DNA of 64,000 nt from Clostridiales bacterium (GCA_015056005.1 SVHB01000003.1:2283-66282); one strand, 5' to 3'; counted from the stretch's first letter, positions 10,405 through 20,485 are shown. Notes: generated by a model not told the origin, from the sequence alone. Translations and numbers: made by a program.

Positions 10405-11853
10405 ATGAAAGAAGCATATCTTGAGCTTTTGAAGAAAGCGGATGAATGGATCGATGCGCATAAGGACGAATTTGTGAGCGAGATACAGGGTCTTGCAAGG
10501 ATACCTTCGGTCAGCCGTGCGGATCTTTGCGAGGAAAACGCACCCTTTGGACCCGACTGCAGGAAGATGCTGGACTTTGCCTTGGAGCGCGGCAAAGCTT
10601 ACGGCTTTGATACTCAGGATTTCTGGGGCTATGCAGGCGCGATCTCTATGGGCGATACCGAAAATTCTCTCGGCGTTATCGCGCATATGGACGTTGTTCC
10701 CGTCGGCGAAGGCTGGATATATCCCCCTTATGGCGCAACCTATCTGCCCGAGCATGACGCTCTTATCGGCAGAGGCGTTGGCGACAACAAGGGCCCCGGC
10801 GTTGCGGGTCTGTTTGCAATGAGGATGCTCAGAGAGTTTAACTGGCCCTTAAAGCACGGCATCAGGCTTTTCCTTGGCATGAGCGAGGAGACCGGCATGC
10901 AGGATATTGAAGCGCTCGTGGAAAAGGGCATAACCTTCCCAAAGACCACCCTTGTTCCCGACGGCGGCTATCCCGTAAACTACGGTCAGAAGGGCTCCAT
11001 CAAGGGCGAAATTTCCGCCCTGTGCGAAGGAAACCTCGTTTCATTTGATTCGGGCAGCGTGCGCAATATCGTGCCCGACAAGGCTGTTTGCGTCGTAGCC
11101 GTGAGCGAAGATGAGGTAAGAGAAGCCTTCAAGGCTCTTGATGACGAGCTGAAGGAAAAGCTGAGAGTTGAAAAAGACGGCGAGAACACCAGGATCACCT
11201 CCGTGGGTCTTGCAGGTCACGCCGCAGGCCCCGACAGCAGCATCAACGCTATCCATCTTCTGACCAAGGCGCTCACCGTATCGGACATACTTTCCGGCTC
11301 CTGCAAGGATGCGATAAAGGAGCTTTATGAGCTCACGAGCGATAACCACTGCCAAAGCGAGGGCGCGTTCTTTGAGGATGAAATGTCCGGCCCCATCACC
11401 CTTGTTTATTCCGTTGCCCATCTGGCAGACGGCAGGCTGAAAGTGAGCCTTGACTGCCGTTATCCCATCATGTGCCCGCAGGATTGGCTCAGGAATACCC
11501 TCATTGCCGACTGGGCAAAGCGCGGCTACAGCGTCGATGATTTCGGCATGACCAAGCCCTTCTATATCCCCAAGGACGATCCCAGAGTAGTTGCTCTGCA
11601 GGAACTCTATAAGGAAGTCACCGGCAGGGACGACGAGCCCTATACCATGGGTGGCGGCACCTATTCAAGGGTGTTCCCCAACGCCATCACCTACGGCGCG
11701 GGCATGCGCGGCGGCAGGACTGCAAGCGGTATCCTTCCCGAAGGTCACGGCGTAGGTCATGGCAAGGACGAGATACTCTTCCTTGAAAACATCCATTACT
11801 GTGCCAAGATGTACGCAGTCGCCCTTGCGATGCTGGATGATATCGTCGATTAA
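10405..11853 (+). CDS. M20-family dipeptidase (PepV/Sapep-like)
   Basis: GVIAHMDVVPVGEGW and GVGDNKGP motifs. ATG at 10405 follows GGGAGTGA. Confidence 0.8.
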   Translation: MKEAYLELLKKADEWIDAHKDEFVSEIQGLARIPSVSRADLCEENAPFGPDCRKMLDFALERGKAYGFDTQDFWGYAGAISMGDTENSLGVIAHMDVVPVGEGWIYPPYGATYLPEHDALIGRGVGDNKGPGVAGLFAMRMLREFNWPLKHGIRLFLGMSEETGMQDIEALVEKGITFPKTTLVPDGGYPVNYGQKGSIKGEISALCEGNLVSFDSGSVRNIVPDKAVCVVAVSEDEVREAFKALDDELKEKLRVEKDGENTRITSVGLAGHAAGPDSSINAIHLLTKALTVSDILSGSCKDAIKELYELTSDNHCQSEGAFFEDEMSGPITLVYSVAHLADGRLKVSLDCRYPIMCPQDWLRNTLIADWAKRGYSVDDFGMTKPFYIPKDDPRVVALQELYKEVTGRDDEPYTMGGGTYSRVFPNAITYGAGMRGGRTASGILPEGHGVGHGKDEILFLENIHYCAKMYAVALAMLDDIVD

Positions 11854-11910
11854 GGAGATAAAAGCAAAAATAAAGCTCTCACGGCATGTGAGAGCTTATT
11901 TTTATTGGGT

Positions 11911-13275
11911 TTATGCTTTTCTTTCCATTTTCCTCTTCCATTTGCCCGACATATAGAAGACCAGACCGATAAAGAAGGGGGTGAAGCCCGCGATTGCATC
12001 GCCAAGCCAGAAGCCGTAGTGCTTCATATCAAGGGCAAGACCGAAGAGCAGGGCAAGACCGATTCTGAGCACTATGCCGTCCAGTATCGCGGTGGCGAAG
12101 TTGATCTTGTAATGACCGCTGCCGTTGATAAGGGCGTTCATGATTGCGCGCATTGCGCTGCCGAAGAACAGGAGCACTGCGATGGGGACATAGTTGCGGC
12201 CGATCTCCATAACATCCGCTTCGCTTGTGAATATGCCGAAGATCTGGGTCGGGAAAGCGATGATGACGAGGGAAATTATCACCGCAATGGTAAGGGTGAT
12301 GGATGCCATCCTCAAAAGTATCTTGGTAACGCGCTTGAACTCGCCCGCGGCAATGTTCTGACCGACCATGGTGGAGCCGGCGGTGTTAAGGGCGTTGGAG
12401 ATCAGGTTGCTGATGGATGCGACCTTGTTTGCAATGCCCGCAAATGCGGATACCGCAACGCCGTAGGAGTTGATCCAGGAGTTTACGAAAAGCTTGGAGA
12501 CCTGAATGGATGCGGATTTGATAGCCATGGGAAGCCCGAGCTTTATGAGCGACATGAGCATCTCTTTATCCCAGATGATAAAATCGCGCATGGAGATATC
12601 GAGCTTGAACTCCTTTTTGTTCTTTGCAAGGAAAATCACGCAGGAAATGAAGCTGACTGCCTGGCTCATTATGGTCGCAAGAGCCGCGCCTCCCGCGCCC
12701 ATCTTGAGCAGGAGCACGAACACCACGTCAAGGATGAGGTTCAGTATCGCAGCCATCGATATGAAGATGAAGGGGTGCTTGGAATCGCCCATGCCGCGAA
12801 GGATAGCCGATACAACATTATAGCCGTATACGAACACGAGACCCACCATGCTGATGGTGGAATACGCAAGCGCACCTGCAAAGGATTCCTTGGGCGTGTT
12901 CATGACCGTGAGTATAGGCGTGCGAAGGATAAGGCAAACCGTGCTTATGAACAGAGCGCATACCAGCAGGAAGGAACTCATGGTGCCCACGAAGCGGCCG
13001 ATCTTATCGTCCTGCTTGCCGCCGATATACCTCGCTATGAGCACCTGTCCCGCACTTGCAAAGCCCATGGCAACAAAGGTCATGAAATGGGAGACGTCGC
13101 CGCCGACAGAGACAGCAGATATGCCGATCTTGCCAAGAGAGTTGCCCACGATGATCATATCGACCATGTTGTAGACGACCTGCAGAAGGTTGGACAAAAA
13201 CAGCGGCCAGGCAAACGATACGAGCTGTTTCGTTATATTGCCGGAAGTAAAATCACGTATCTGTGTTTTTTGCAT
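11911..13275 (-). CDS. MATE family efflux transporter
   Basis: Start at MQKTQIRDFTSGNITKQLVSFAWPLFLSNLLQ (AGGAG RBS). About 12 hydrophobic segments typical of MATE. Confidence 0.85.
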   Translation of the reverse strand: MQKTQIRDFTSGNITKQLVSFAWPLFLSNLLQVVYNMVDMIIVGNSLGKIGISAVSVGGDVSHFMTFVAMGFASAGQVLIARYIGGKQDDKIGRFVGTMSSFLLVCALFISTVCLILRTPILTVMNTPKESFAGALAYSTISMVGLVFVYGYNVVSAILRGMGDSKHPFIFISMAAILNLILDVVFVLLLKMGAGGAALATIMSQAVSFISCVIFLAKNKKEFKLDISMRDFIIWDKEMLMSLIKLGLPMAIKSASIQVSKLFVNSWINSYGVAVSAFAGIANKVASISNLISNALNTAGSTMVGQNIAAGEFKRVTKILLRMASITLTIAVIISLVIIAFPTQIFGIFTSEADVMEIGRNYVPIAVLLFFGSAMRAIMNALINGSGHYKINFATAILDGIVLRIGLALLFGLALDMKHYGFWLGDAIAGFTPFFIGLVFYMSGKWKRKMERKA

Positions 13276-13381
13276 GACATTGCTCCTTTGACCCGCTCTT
13301 TGTATAAATGTTGAGCAGTCATCAAATATTATAGCATATATAACGATAAAGCATAATAGGTAATTTGCAAAAAAAACGGTT

Positions 13382-14632
13382 TTATTTTTTATCCGACGGC
13401 GTTTCAAGGTTGTAAATTGGCGCGATATGGCGCTTTTTGAGGATTATGAACACAACACAGCCGATAAACGCCATTGCGCCGCAGGCTGTCATGCATAAGT
13501 TGTAGGGCATGATCTCGCCCATGAAGCCGATAATCAGCGAGAACACGAGCACCGAAGCGCTGACCAGCATTTCTTCAAAGGCGTAAAGACGCGAACGCAG
13601 ATTATCGGGGATGTAGGTACGAAGCGCCGTCTCTCTAAGCGTTGCGGAATTTATTCCAAGAAATCCGCAAAGGGCGCGATTTATGAGCATCAGCGGGTAG
13701 GGCAGCCATAAAAGGATAGCGTCCATGGTCTCGTATATCACATAAACCGAGGCTGCAAAGGCAAAGCGGCTTTTGCGGGGGATCTTTGAAAAATACCTGA
13801 GCAGCCCGCCAAGGCTTCGACCAATGAACTCGGCTGCCGAAAAATAGGAGTACATTGCGATGCTAAAGCCGGGCGCAGTGCGGAAAAACGCCGTAAGTAT
13901 CGGGTAATAGCCGTTGCCAATGCCGTTTGACACAGCCATGTATCCGTAAATTCCCTGAAGGCCTTTCTCTTTTTTAAGGTACATGGCCGCTTCCTTTATA
14001 TCGGATAGCCATGTACCGAATAAGAAGCCTTCCTCCGGAATGGAGGTCGATTCTTTGATCCTGATAAAGCTCTCTATGAGCGCCGCAAGCAGCGAAAGCC
14101 CGCCCTGCATTATAAGAATAAAGCTCACACCGATTCTCTCATAAAGCCATGCGGCAACCGGAGCCATGATCACATTCAGCACAGGATACAGCATACCGGA
14201 GACCGTATAGCCCTTATCCTCAAAGCCTTCCTCTATGAGCTTGGGGTAAATGCTGTTGTAGGCAAGGCGGTCGAAGGTGGAAAGGCTTGTGAGAATGAGC
14301 GAGAAAACAAGGTAACCGATATAGGTAAAATCGAATTTCAGAAGATATACGCCCGCAAGCAAGTATAAAAGCCCGTTTACAGCGTCTCCGCCCACAAGAA
14401 AAGGCTTTCTTGGCAGCCTGTCCATTATGGGGGAGGCGACAAGGGGGATAACGAACATCGGTATCATTTCAAGGGCGAGCAAAAGCGCCGCCGCAAGCGT
14501 TGAGCCCGTCTCGTCAAAGACAAGGAACGAGAGCGCAAACCCGCCCGCTATGCCGCCGACGGAGCCCGATACAGTTGCCATAATAAGCAGGGTATAATTT
14601 CTTGTCCAAAGGGTTTTCTTTTTTGATGACAT
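13382..14632 (-). CDS. MFS transporter
   Basis: 416 aa, polytopic hydrophobic protein with the MFS-like loop motif DRLPRKPFL. Confidence 0.8.
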   Translation of the reverse strand: MSSKKKTLWTRNYTLLIMATVSGSVGGIAGGFALSFLVFDETGSTLAAALLLALEMIPMFVIPLVASPIMDRLPRKPFLVGGDAVNGLLYLLAGVYLLKFDFTYIGYLVFSLILTSLSTFDRLAYNSIYPKLIEEGFEDKGYTVSGMLYPVLNVIMAPVAAWLYERIGVSFILIMQGGLSLLAALIESFIRIKESTSIPEEGFLFGTWLSDIKEAAMYLKKEKGLQGIYGYMAVSNGIGNGYYPILTAFFRTAPGFSIAMYSYFSAAEFIGRSLGGLLRYFSKIPRKSRFAFAASVYVIYETMDAILLWLPYPLMLINRALCGFLGINSATLRETALRTYIPDNLRSRLYAFEEMLVSASVLVFSLIIGFMGEIMPYNLCMTACGAMAFIGCVVFIILKKRHIAPIYNLETPSDKK

Positions 14633-14729
14633 AATAAAATCTCCTTAAGTGTCTCTGCAGATATTGTAGCAAAAACACTAAAGGAGAAATAGCCCTTGGT
14701 TTTGGGAAAACTATGGGGTTAAAATTGAA

Positions 14730-15911
14730 TTAAAGAAGACCTGAAATGCCTATATCGGGAAAATCGCGCAAAAGCTCATATGCCTGCTTATACTGGCGGT
14801 TGGCGGTGTACCAGCCTGTCACATAGGGAATGTGGAAGCGTATAAAGCCGGAAGGCGCATTCTTTTTAAGGTTTTCAAACCCGGAAAGGAGCATTTTGCC
14901 ATAGTTTGGGTCGGACAGATGATCCGGATGCTTTAGTCTGTATTCGATTATTGCAAGCATCCAGTCAAGCGTTTCGTTCGATATTGCGACGGGTTCGTAC
15001 TCGCAGCTTTGAGCTGTCTCAAGGGCTTCAAGCGCTTCTTCCTTCTTGCCAAGCCGTTCGCAGCAAATCGCAAGCTTGTGCAGATTGAGCTTGCTTTTGA
15101 TGTGCCTGACCTTTGAAAAGTAATCGTATGCCCGCTGTGCATCGCCTCGCTCAAGATGGGTCGCGGCGGTGTTGTAATCGATAGTATATATGCTGTCCTC
15201 ATCGTCAAGCGCTTGAGCTATGCGCCTTGCAACGGCGTGATGAAAATCCATCTGATCAAGGTCGCCCATGTTCGCGTAGCAGCCCGCTATGGTGAGCCTT
15301 ATAAAGAGCGTAAGATGTACCCGACCCTCATCCTGAGAAAGCCTTGCGGCGTGCAGAAGATCGTCCAGCGCCTGAGAATAATTGCCGACAGTATAGTTTT
15401 TATACCCCGCCCCCGCAAAGCCGAGCGCGGTATCGGAAAAGCGCGGAAGTTCATCAAGTTGGTCGAGGAAAGCATAATAAAGCTCTTTTTGGCGCTTGTT
15501 AAAATACTCATGGGAGCCCTGCGGCAGATCGGGCTCAAAGCTGTCTTCAAGGTTTGCACGCTCAAGTGAAAGCTCGATAAAATACGGGCAGCAGGAATAA
15601 ACCTCCCATTTGTCCGTAAGCTCGTCCAGAAGTTTTCTGGTATGGCTCTTTGGGAGCATGGAAAATATTGCGTCGTAAAGCTTTGAGCTTAGTTCCTTTG
15701 CGCGCCTTACTGTGTTTTCATCGTCGTACCATTTTAAGCCGAGACGTTCAAGCAGCAGCTTCATGACCTCGCCGCTTGCATCTGCCTTGCCCTGCTCGAT
15801 CTTGGAAAGGTAGGAAACGGAGCATATTCCCTTTGAAAGCCCTTCCTGACTCCAGTTGTTTTTAAGCCGCCTTTGGCGTATCAGCAGCCCTATAAGTACG
15901 GCGTTATCCAT
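14730..15911 (-). CDS. XRE-family HTH regulator with C-terminal TPR-like repeats (RRNPP/Rgg-PlcR-like architecture)
   Basis: N-terminus IRQRRLKNNWSQEGLSKGICSVSYLSKIEQGK is a Cro/C1-type HTH. It is followed by about 300 aa of helical repeats. Confidence 0.7.
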   Translation of the reverse strand: MDNAVLIGLLIRQRRLKNNWSQEGLSKGICSVSYLSKIEQGKADASGEVMKLLLERLGLKWYDDENTVRRAKELSSKLYDAIFSMLPKSHTRKLLDELTDKWEVYSCCPYFIELSLERANLEDSFEPDLPQGSHEYFNKRQKELYYAFLDQLDELPRFSDTALGFAGAGYKNYTVGNYSQALDDLLHAARLSQDEGRVHLTLFIRLTIAGCYANMGDLDQMDFHHAVARRIAQALDDEDSIYTIDYNTAATHLERGDAQRAYDYFSKVRHIKSKLNLHKLAICCERLGKKEEALEALETAQSCEYEPVAISNETLDWMLAIIEYRLKHPDHLSDPNYGKMLLSGFENLKKNAPSGFIRFHIPYVTGWYTANRQYKQAYELLRDFPDIGISGLL

Positions 15912-16996
15912 CAGCCTTCAAAGGGAACCACGGTCAGTTCCTTGGTGTATGAATTCAGCACCTCGCAGCCGTCTTCGGTTATAAGCACAAGATCCTCTAT
16001 TCGCACGCCGATGTTTTCCTCCGCAATATATATGCCCGGCTCGACCGAGAAGCACTGACCAGGTTTAATGATGGCTTCATTGACGGAAGAAACATCGCCG
16101 AATTCGTGCACTTCGGTGCCTATGGAATGACCGGTGCGATGAGTAAAGTATTTGCCGAAGCCTTTTTCCGTGATATAGCCCCTTGCGGCGTTATCCACAT
16201 CGCACATCCTTGCGCCCGGCTTTGCAGCTTTAATGCCGCGGCGGTTGGCTTCAAGGACAACTTCATATATTTCCCTTGCCCTGTCGCTAACCTCGCCAAG
16301 GAAAACCGTCCTTGTCATATCGGAGCAGTAACCGTCCTTTAAGCCTCCGATGTCGATGACCACGCAGTCGCCGCGCTTGGGAAGAGTCCCATCGCCCTCG
16401 TGATGAGGATCGGCAGCGTTTTTGCCAAAGGAAATGATCGGGGGGAAGGATGCGCCCGCGCAGCCGTTTTCCTTGTAAAGCTCATGGCATTTTGCGGTAA
16501 GAAGCTCCTCTGAATCGCCGCAGCCGACAAGCGATACCATCTTTTCCATGACCTTGTCGTTTAGCTTTGAAGCAGCGCGCATTTTTTCGCGCTCGTCCTC
16601 GTCTTTGACCAAACGAACACCGTCAACGATGGGCGAGCCGTTCACATATGAAGCTGCCGCGCCTTCTTCCATCATGCGGATAAGGAAGCCGGAAGCAAAG
16701 GTTTTGTCAACGCCGAGTGTTTTTTCATGATCGATGTGGGAGGCAAGGATAGCTGCTGCGTCGTCGATATCGTCAAACCAAACGATATCGGTGCCAAGAT
16801 CCTCAGTTATGGGGAAAAGGCGGTTCATGAACAGCTTTGTTTCGCCGTTTTCGTTTATGTAAAGCGCCTTCATTCTTTCGCCTGTGTGGATGTATTTGCC
16901 AAGAATGTAACCGATGGAATATGTGTCGGTAACGATTATCTGAGGTATCGCCGCTTCTTTCATTGCATCGATTATGCGGATAAGCTTCTTATTCAT
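15911..16996 (-). CDS. M24-family Xaa-Pro aminopeptidase/dipeptidase
   Basis: DCVVIDIGG, HRTGHSIG and FSVEPGIY...GVRIED metal-ligand motifs. Confidence 0.85.
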   Translation of the reverse strand: MNKKLIRIIDAMKEAAIPQIIVTDTYSIGYILGKYIHTGERMKALYINENGETKLFMNRLFPITEDLGTDIVWFDDIDDAAAILASHIDHEKTLGVDKTFASGFLIRMMEEGAAASYVNGSPIVDGVRLVKDEDEREKMRAASKLNDKVMEKMVSLVGCGDSEELLTAKCHELYKENGCAGASFPPIISFGKNAADPHHEGDGTLPKRGDCVVIDIGGLKDGYCSDMTRTVFLGEVSDRAREIYEVVLEANRRGIKAAKPGARMCDVDNAARGYITEKGFGKYFTHRTGHSIGTEVHEFGDVSSVNEAIIKPGQCFSVEPGIYIAEENIGVRIEDLVLITEDGCEVLNSYTKELTVVPFEG

Positions 16997-17084
16997 AATA
17001 TCACCTCATGGGGTTGGAGTTTATATGTACAGTATAAAAAAGAGAAAGGAAGAAGTCAAGGCTTACGGAGGGGCGGTTGTGCGG

Positions 17085-17548
17085 GGCACGACCGCAATGA
17101 TATACGCCTTGCGGCGTGTGATGAATGATATATTCCTTCGGAATATGATATATGCGCTTTGCGCACATGATGGTTAGTAACCACTCTAAAGTCTAACTAT
17201 CCTAAAAATAATTCACGCGTTGCCCACAGGGCGGTCGTGTGTGTCACGACCGCAGTGAAATACGCCTTGCGGCGTGTGAAGAGTGAAATGTCCCTGCGGG
17301 ACGTGAAATATGCGCTGCGCGCACGTTTTGATTAGTAACCACACTAAAGAATAACCTTCCTAAAAACAAATCACGCGTGACCCATACTTTACGGGTCACG
17401 CGTAAGCTGCAGTATGAAATTACCTGATCCCAAAGTCTCAGGAATCCAAGGGATGAAATCCCTTGGTGGTTGAGGGTTTGGGAGAAGGCGAAGCCTTCTC
17501 CCAAGAAAGAGAGCTCGAGAGGGGAACCCTCTCGAACGTACCCCCCAA
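17085..17548 (+). repeat. mosaic hairpin-rich intergenic repeat, copy A
   Basis: Shares ordered modules with 22100-22660, 42878-43315 and (inverted) 26680-27342: TTCG/TTGC-loop mini-hairpins, hairpin 17372-17406 (cacgcgtgaccc..gggtcacgcgtaag), hairpin 17446-17466 (ccaaggga..tcccttgg), hairpin 17480-17502 (gggagaaggcgaagccttctccc), and a tail ending ..cgaacgtacccc. It has an internal 158-bp diverged tandem duplication (17087-17244 / 17245-17406). Confidence 0.8.
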
Positions 17549-17562
17549 AAAAACCAAACCTC

Positions 17563-18465
17563 TTACCACACAAACGAGCCCATGCGGACTATGGAGGGAT
17601 CGATGGCGGTTATATCTTTGGAGGCGGTCATTGCCATTGTGTATTTAAGGTCTTTTGTGATCTCGTTTATGCCGTCGCAGACGCCCTGCGCGCCGTTTTC
17701 CTTTAATCGAGCCATCAAAGGGCGGCCGACGGAGCAGGCGGTTGCGCCCAGCGCAAGCGCCTTAAAAACGTCAAGCCCGGTCTGAATGGAGCAGTCAACG
17801 AAGAGCGGGACTCTGCCTTTTACCTCAGATGCGATCTCGGGCAGTATCATAAGCGGCGGAACTGCGCTGTTGATCCTGCCGTTGTGATGGGAAATTACCA
17901 TGCCCGAAACGCCCGCATCAAGGCATTTTTTAGCATCAACAAGGCTTAATACGCCCTTTATCACAAACGGCAGTGAAGTGCTTTTCACAAGCTCTAAGAT
18001 CTCCTTTTGCGACATGGGGTACATCTCCATGCCCTCGATCTCGTCGTAGCCTCGGCTTTTGCTGAAAGCGTGATCGGTGTCGATGCCCACAGCAAGCGCA
18101 CCCATGTCTTCTGCGTGACGGATCTTGTCGTATATGCTTTTCCTGTCGGCATATGGCTTGATTATTTTTATGACAGACGCGCCAGTGTTTATCATTCCTT
18201 CAAGCTCTTCCTTGGGACCCATGCCGGAGAAGACGACCGCACCTGCCATAAAGCCGCCCTTTGCCATCTCAACCATACCGTTTGGATAATGATTGTGAAG
18301 ATGCGAAAGCGCACCTGTGGTCACGGGAGTCGAAAACTCTTTGCCGTATAACGAAAGCTTGGTGGAGGGCATCACCGCGTCAATATGCCTCATCTCCAAA
18401 AGCAGGCTGTCCAGATACGCGCGGGTTATAACATCGGACGAAACGGATCTTTTGTTGTTGTCCAT
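17563..18465 (-). CDS. FMN-dependent alpha-hydroxy-acid dehydrogenase/oxidase family TIM-barrel protein
   Basis: MVISHHNGR (compare ISNHGGRQ of the family) and GATACSVGRP motifs. Confidence 0.65.
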   Translation of the reverse strand: MDNNKRSVSSDVITRAYLDSLLLEMRHIDAVMPSTKLSLYGKEFSTPVTTGALSHLHNHYPNGMVEMAKGGFMAGAVVFSGMGPKEELEGMINTGASVIKIIKPYADRKSIYDKIRHAEDMGALAVGIDTDHAFSKSRGYDEIEGMEMYPMSQKEILELVKSTSLPFVIKGVLSLVDAKKCLDAGVSGMVISHHNGRINSAVPPLMILPEIASEVKGRVPLFVDCSIQTGLDVFKALALGATACSVGRPLMARLKENGAQGVCDGINEITKDLKYTMAMTASKDITAIDPSIVRMGSFVW

Positions 18466-18574
18466 AGGGCATCCCCCTTTATTGCTATACTGAAATCATA
18501 ACATCGTGCCGGAAAAAGAACAAGCGCCTGCATCATCCGATATTGCGGATAATATGAACGCTTGATTTGGTTTT

Positions 18575-19732
18575 TTATTTTATGACGGTCGACCAGTCTT
18601 CATCCCATGGATATACCATGCGCAGCACCTGTCCTGCGCGCTTTGCGGATTCTTCCGCGTAGATGCCGGGGAGGGTCATCGCAAGGCCTTCTCTTAGCGA
18701 TATGGGCGCGGGACCGCCGTTTTGAATGGCTTTGAAGAAATAGTCGAGCATTGCAAAGTCCATGCCGCCGTGTCCGGTTGCCCGGGGATTGTTTTCGTAG
18801 GCGGGAGGCATAAATTCGCCGTCGATCTCCTTGAGCTGAGTATCAAGCTCCCTCATCGAATTATACCTGATCACGGGCTTGCCCATCCTGTCAATTCGCT
18901 CCATGTACCCTTCGGTGCCGAAAACCCTGTAGCTGTGATGACCGATGCTTGCGCGGCATCTGCCGTTGCGCATGAGCCTTATCACAACGCCGGATTCCGT
19001 CCTGAACTGGGCGCACATCATGTCGTCCTTCTTGAAAACGCTGCCGTTTTCCCCGAAAGTGCTTGAGGCATCGGGGGAGTGCTGACCTGTGCCGAAGCAG
19101 CTGACATACCTTAGGTCCTCCTCAAGGATCGAAAGCAGGGGCCCTAAGGAATGCGTGCAGTAGCGGATGGGAATGAGCAGCCTTCTCCAGTCTCCGTTTT
19201 CGTTCAAGTGGATGTTTTCGTCACTGCCCGGGAGCGACCAGTGGATGTACTCGGCCTCCATGCAGTAGGGCTTGCCCAAAAGCCCTTTTTTATAAAAATC
19301 CATGAGCAGGAACGCGAATCGCTGGTAGTTCGGGTTCGCGCCCGTTGAAATGATCGCCTTTGAGCATTCGGCGGCTTTCCAAAGCCTCTCGGCTTCATCA
19401 AGGCTTGCAACGTTGGGTATGTCCGAAAGCACGTTGATGTTCTTTTGGAGCGCTTTTATGCAAAAATCGGCGTGAATATCGGCACCTGTCTCCACGATAA
19501 CAACATCAAGATTTGCTTCATCCAGCATCTGATCGTAGTCTTCGTAAAATTTCGTTTCGGGAAACATGTTGGAAAGCGAATCGGGCATGAGCCATTGCTT
19601 TTCATACCAGTTATGGGGCAATATATCGCAGGCCGCGGCGGGAACAACTTGATCAAAGCCTTCGGCGGCGAGCTTCAGCATTGCTCTGCCCCTGTGACCC
19701 ATACCAACAACGCCAACGCGAATTTTATTCAT
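18575..19732 (-). CDS. Gfo/Idh/MocA family oxidoreductase
   Basis: MNKIRVGVVGMGHRG Rossmann N-terminus. ATG at 19732 is better spaced from GGTGG than the one at 19741. Confidence 0.75.
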   Translation of the reverse strand: MNKIRVGVVGMGHRGRAMLKLAAEGFDQVVPAAACDILPHNWYEKQWLMPDSLSNMFPETKFYEDYDQMLDEANLDVVIVETGADIHADFCIKALQKNINVLSDIPNVASLDEAERLWKAAECSKAIISTGANPNYQRFAFLLMDFYKKGLLGKPYCMEAEYIHWSLPGSDENIHLNENGDWRRLLIPIRYCTHSLGPLLSILEEDLRYVSCFGTGQHSPDASSTFGENGSVFKKDDMMCAQFRTESGVVIRLMRNGRCRASIGHHSYRVFGTEGYMERIDRMGKPVIRYNSMRELDTQLKEIDGEFMPPAYENNPRATGHGGMDFAMLDYFFKAIQNGGPAPISLREGLAMTLPGIYAEESAKRAGQVLRMVYPWDEDWSTVIK

Positions 19733-19850
19733 AGCATCCACCCTCTGCGTTATATAGATTGTTTTGGCTTGCCTATATTATATCCTTTTGTTTTCCGTTT
19801 TTCAATTGTGCATTGGAATAAAATAAAAACGGTATGTAACCATACCGCCT

Positions 19851-19937
19851 TGGTGCGAGAAACAGGACTTGAACCTGCATGAAATCGCTTTCACACGGAC
19901 CTGAACCGTGCGCGTCTGCCAATTCCGCCATTCTCGC
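19851..19937 (-). tRNA. tRNA-Leu (anticodon CAG)
   Basis: Reverse complement gcgagaatggcggaattggcagacgc..ttCAGgt.. with a long variable arm, T-arm ggttcaagtcc and CCA end. Confidence 0.9.
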
Positions 19938-19947
19938 GAATATAAAA

Positions 19948-20032
<85 letters not shown>

Positions 20033-20050
20033 ATGATATCGATATAAAAT

Positions 20051-20126
20051 TGGAGCTGGTGATAGGAATCGAACCTACAACCTGCTGATTACAAATCAGC
20101 TGCTCTGCCAATTGAGCTACACCAGC
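20051..20126 (-). tRNA. tRNA-Thr (anticodon TGT)
   Basis: Reverse complement gctggtgtagctcaattggcagagc..ttTGTaa..ggttcgattcc..CCA. Confidence 0.9.
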
Positions 20127-20166
20127 ATTTGCTCTCACCGGCATTCCGTAGGCTTAATGAATAAAT

Positions 20167-20243
20167 TGGTGGGCCTTCACGGACTTGAACCGCGGACCAA
20201 TCGGTTATGAGCCGACCGCTCTGACCAACTGAGCTAAAGGCCC
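20167..20243 (-). tRNA. tRNA with CAT anticodon (Met, or Ile2 if lysidine-modified)
   Basis: Reverse complement gggcctttagctcagttggtcagagc..ctCATaa..ggttcaagtcc..CCA. The body resembles Ile2-type tRNAs, but that cannot be decided from sequence alone. Confidence 0.85.
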
Positions 20244-20273
20244 GTTTTTGCCCCGGAAAAAGAATTAAAAAAA

Positions 20274-20349
20274 TGGTGACCCCTAGGAGATTCGAACTCC
20301 TGTTACCGCCGTGAAAGGGCGATGTCTTAGGCCTCTTGACCAAGGGGCC
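20274..20349 (-). tRNA. tRNA-Glu (anticodon TTC)
   Basis: Reverse complement ggccccttggtcaagaggcctaagac..ctTTCac..agttcgaatct..CCA. Confidence 0.9.
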
Positions 20350-20363
20350 ACGCTAAAACTTCG

Positions 20364-20440
20364 TGGTCGGGGTGAGAGGATTCGAACCTCCGGCCCCATG
20401 CTCCCAAAGCACGTACGCTACCAGACTGCGCTACACCCCG
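20364..20440 (-). tRNA. tRNA-Pro (anticodon TGG)
   Basis: Reverse complement cggggtgtagcgcagtctggtagcgc..ttTGGga..ggttcgaatcc..CCA. Confidence 0.9.
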
Positions 20441-20485
20441 GCATTGCCTGCCGAATTTCGCTTAGCTTGGCAAGCGACGATAATG

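Noticed and set aside
11905-13314. Long 469-aa plus-strand ORF
   Set aside because: It is exactly antisense to the well-supported MATE transporter gene. Its product is a His/Asp/Gly/Glu-rich low-complexity sequence with no recognisable motif or RBS, so it is a shadow ORF.
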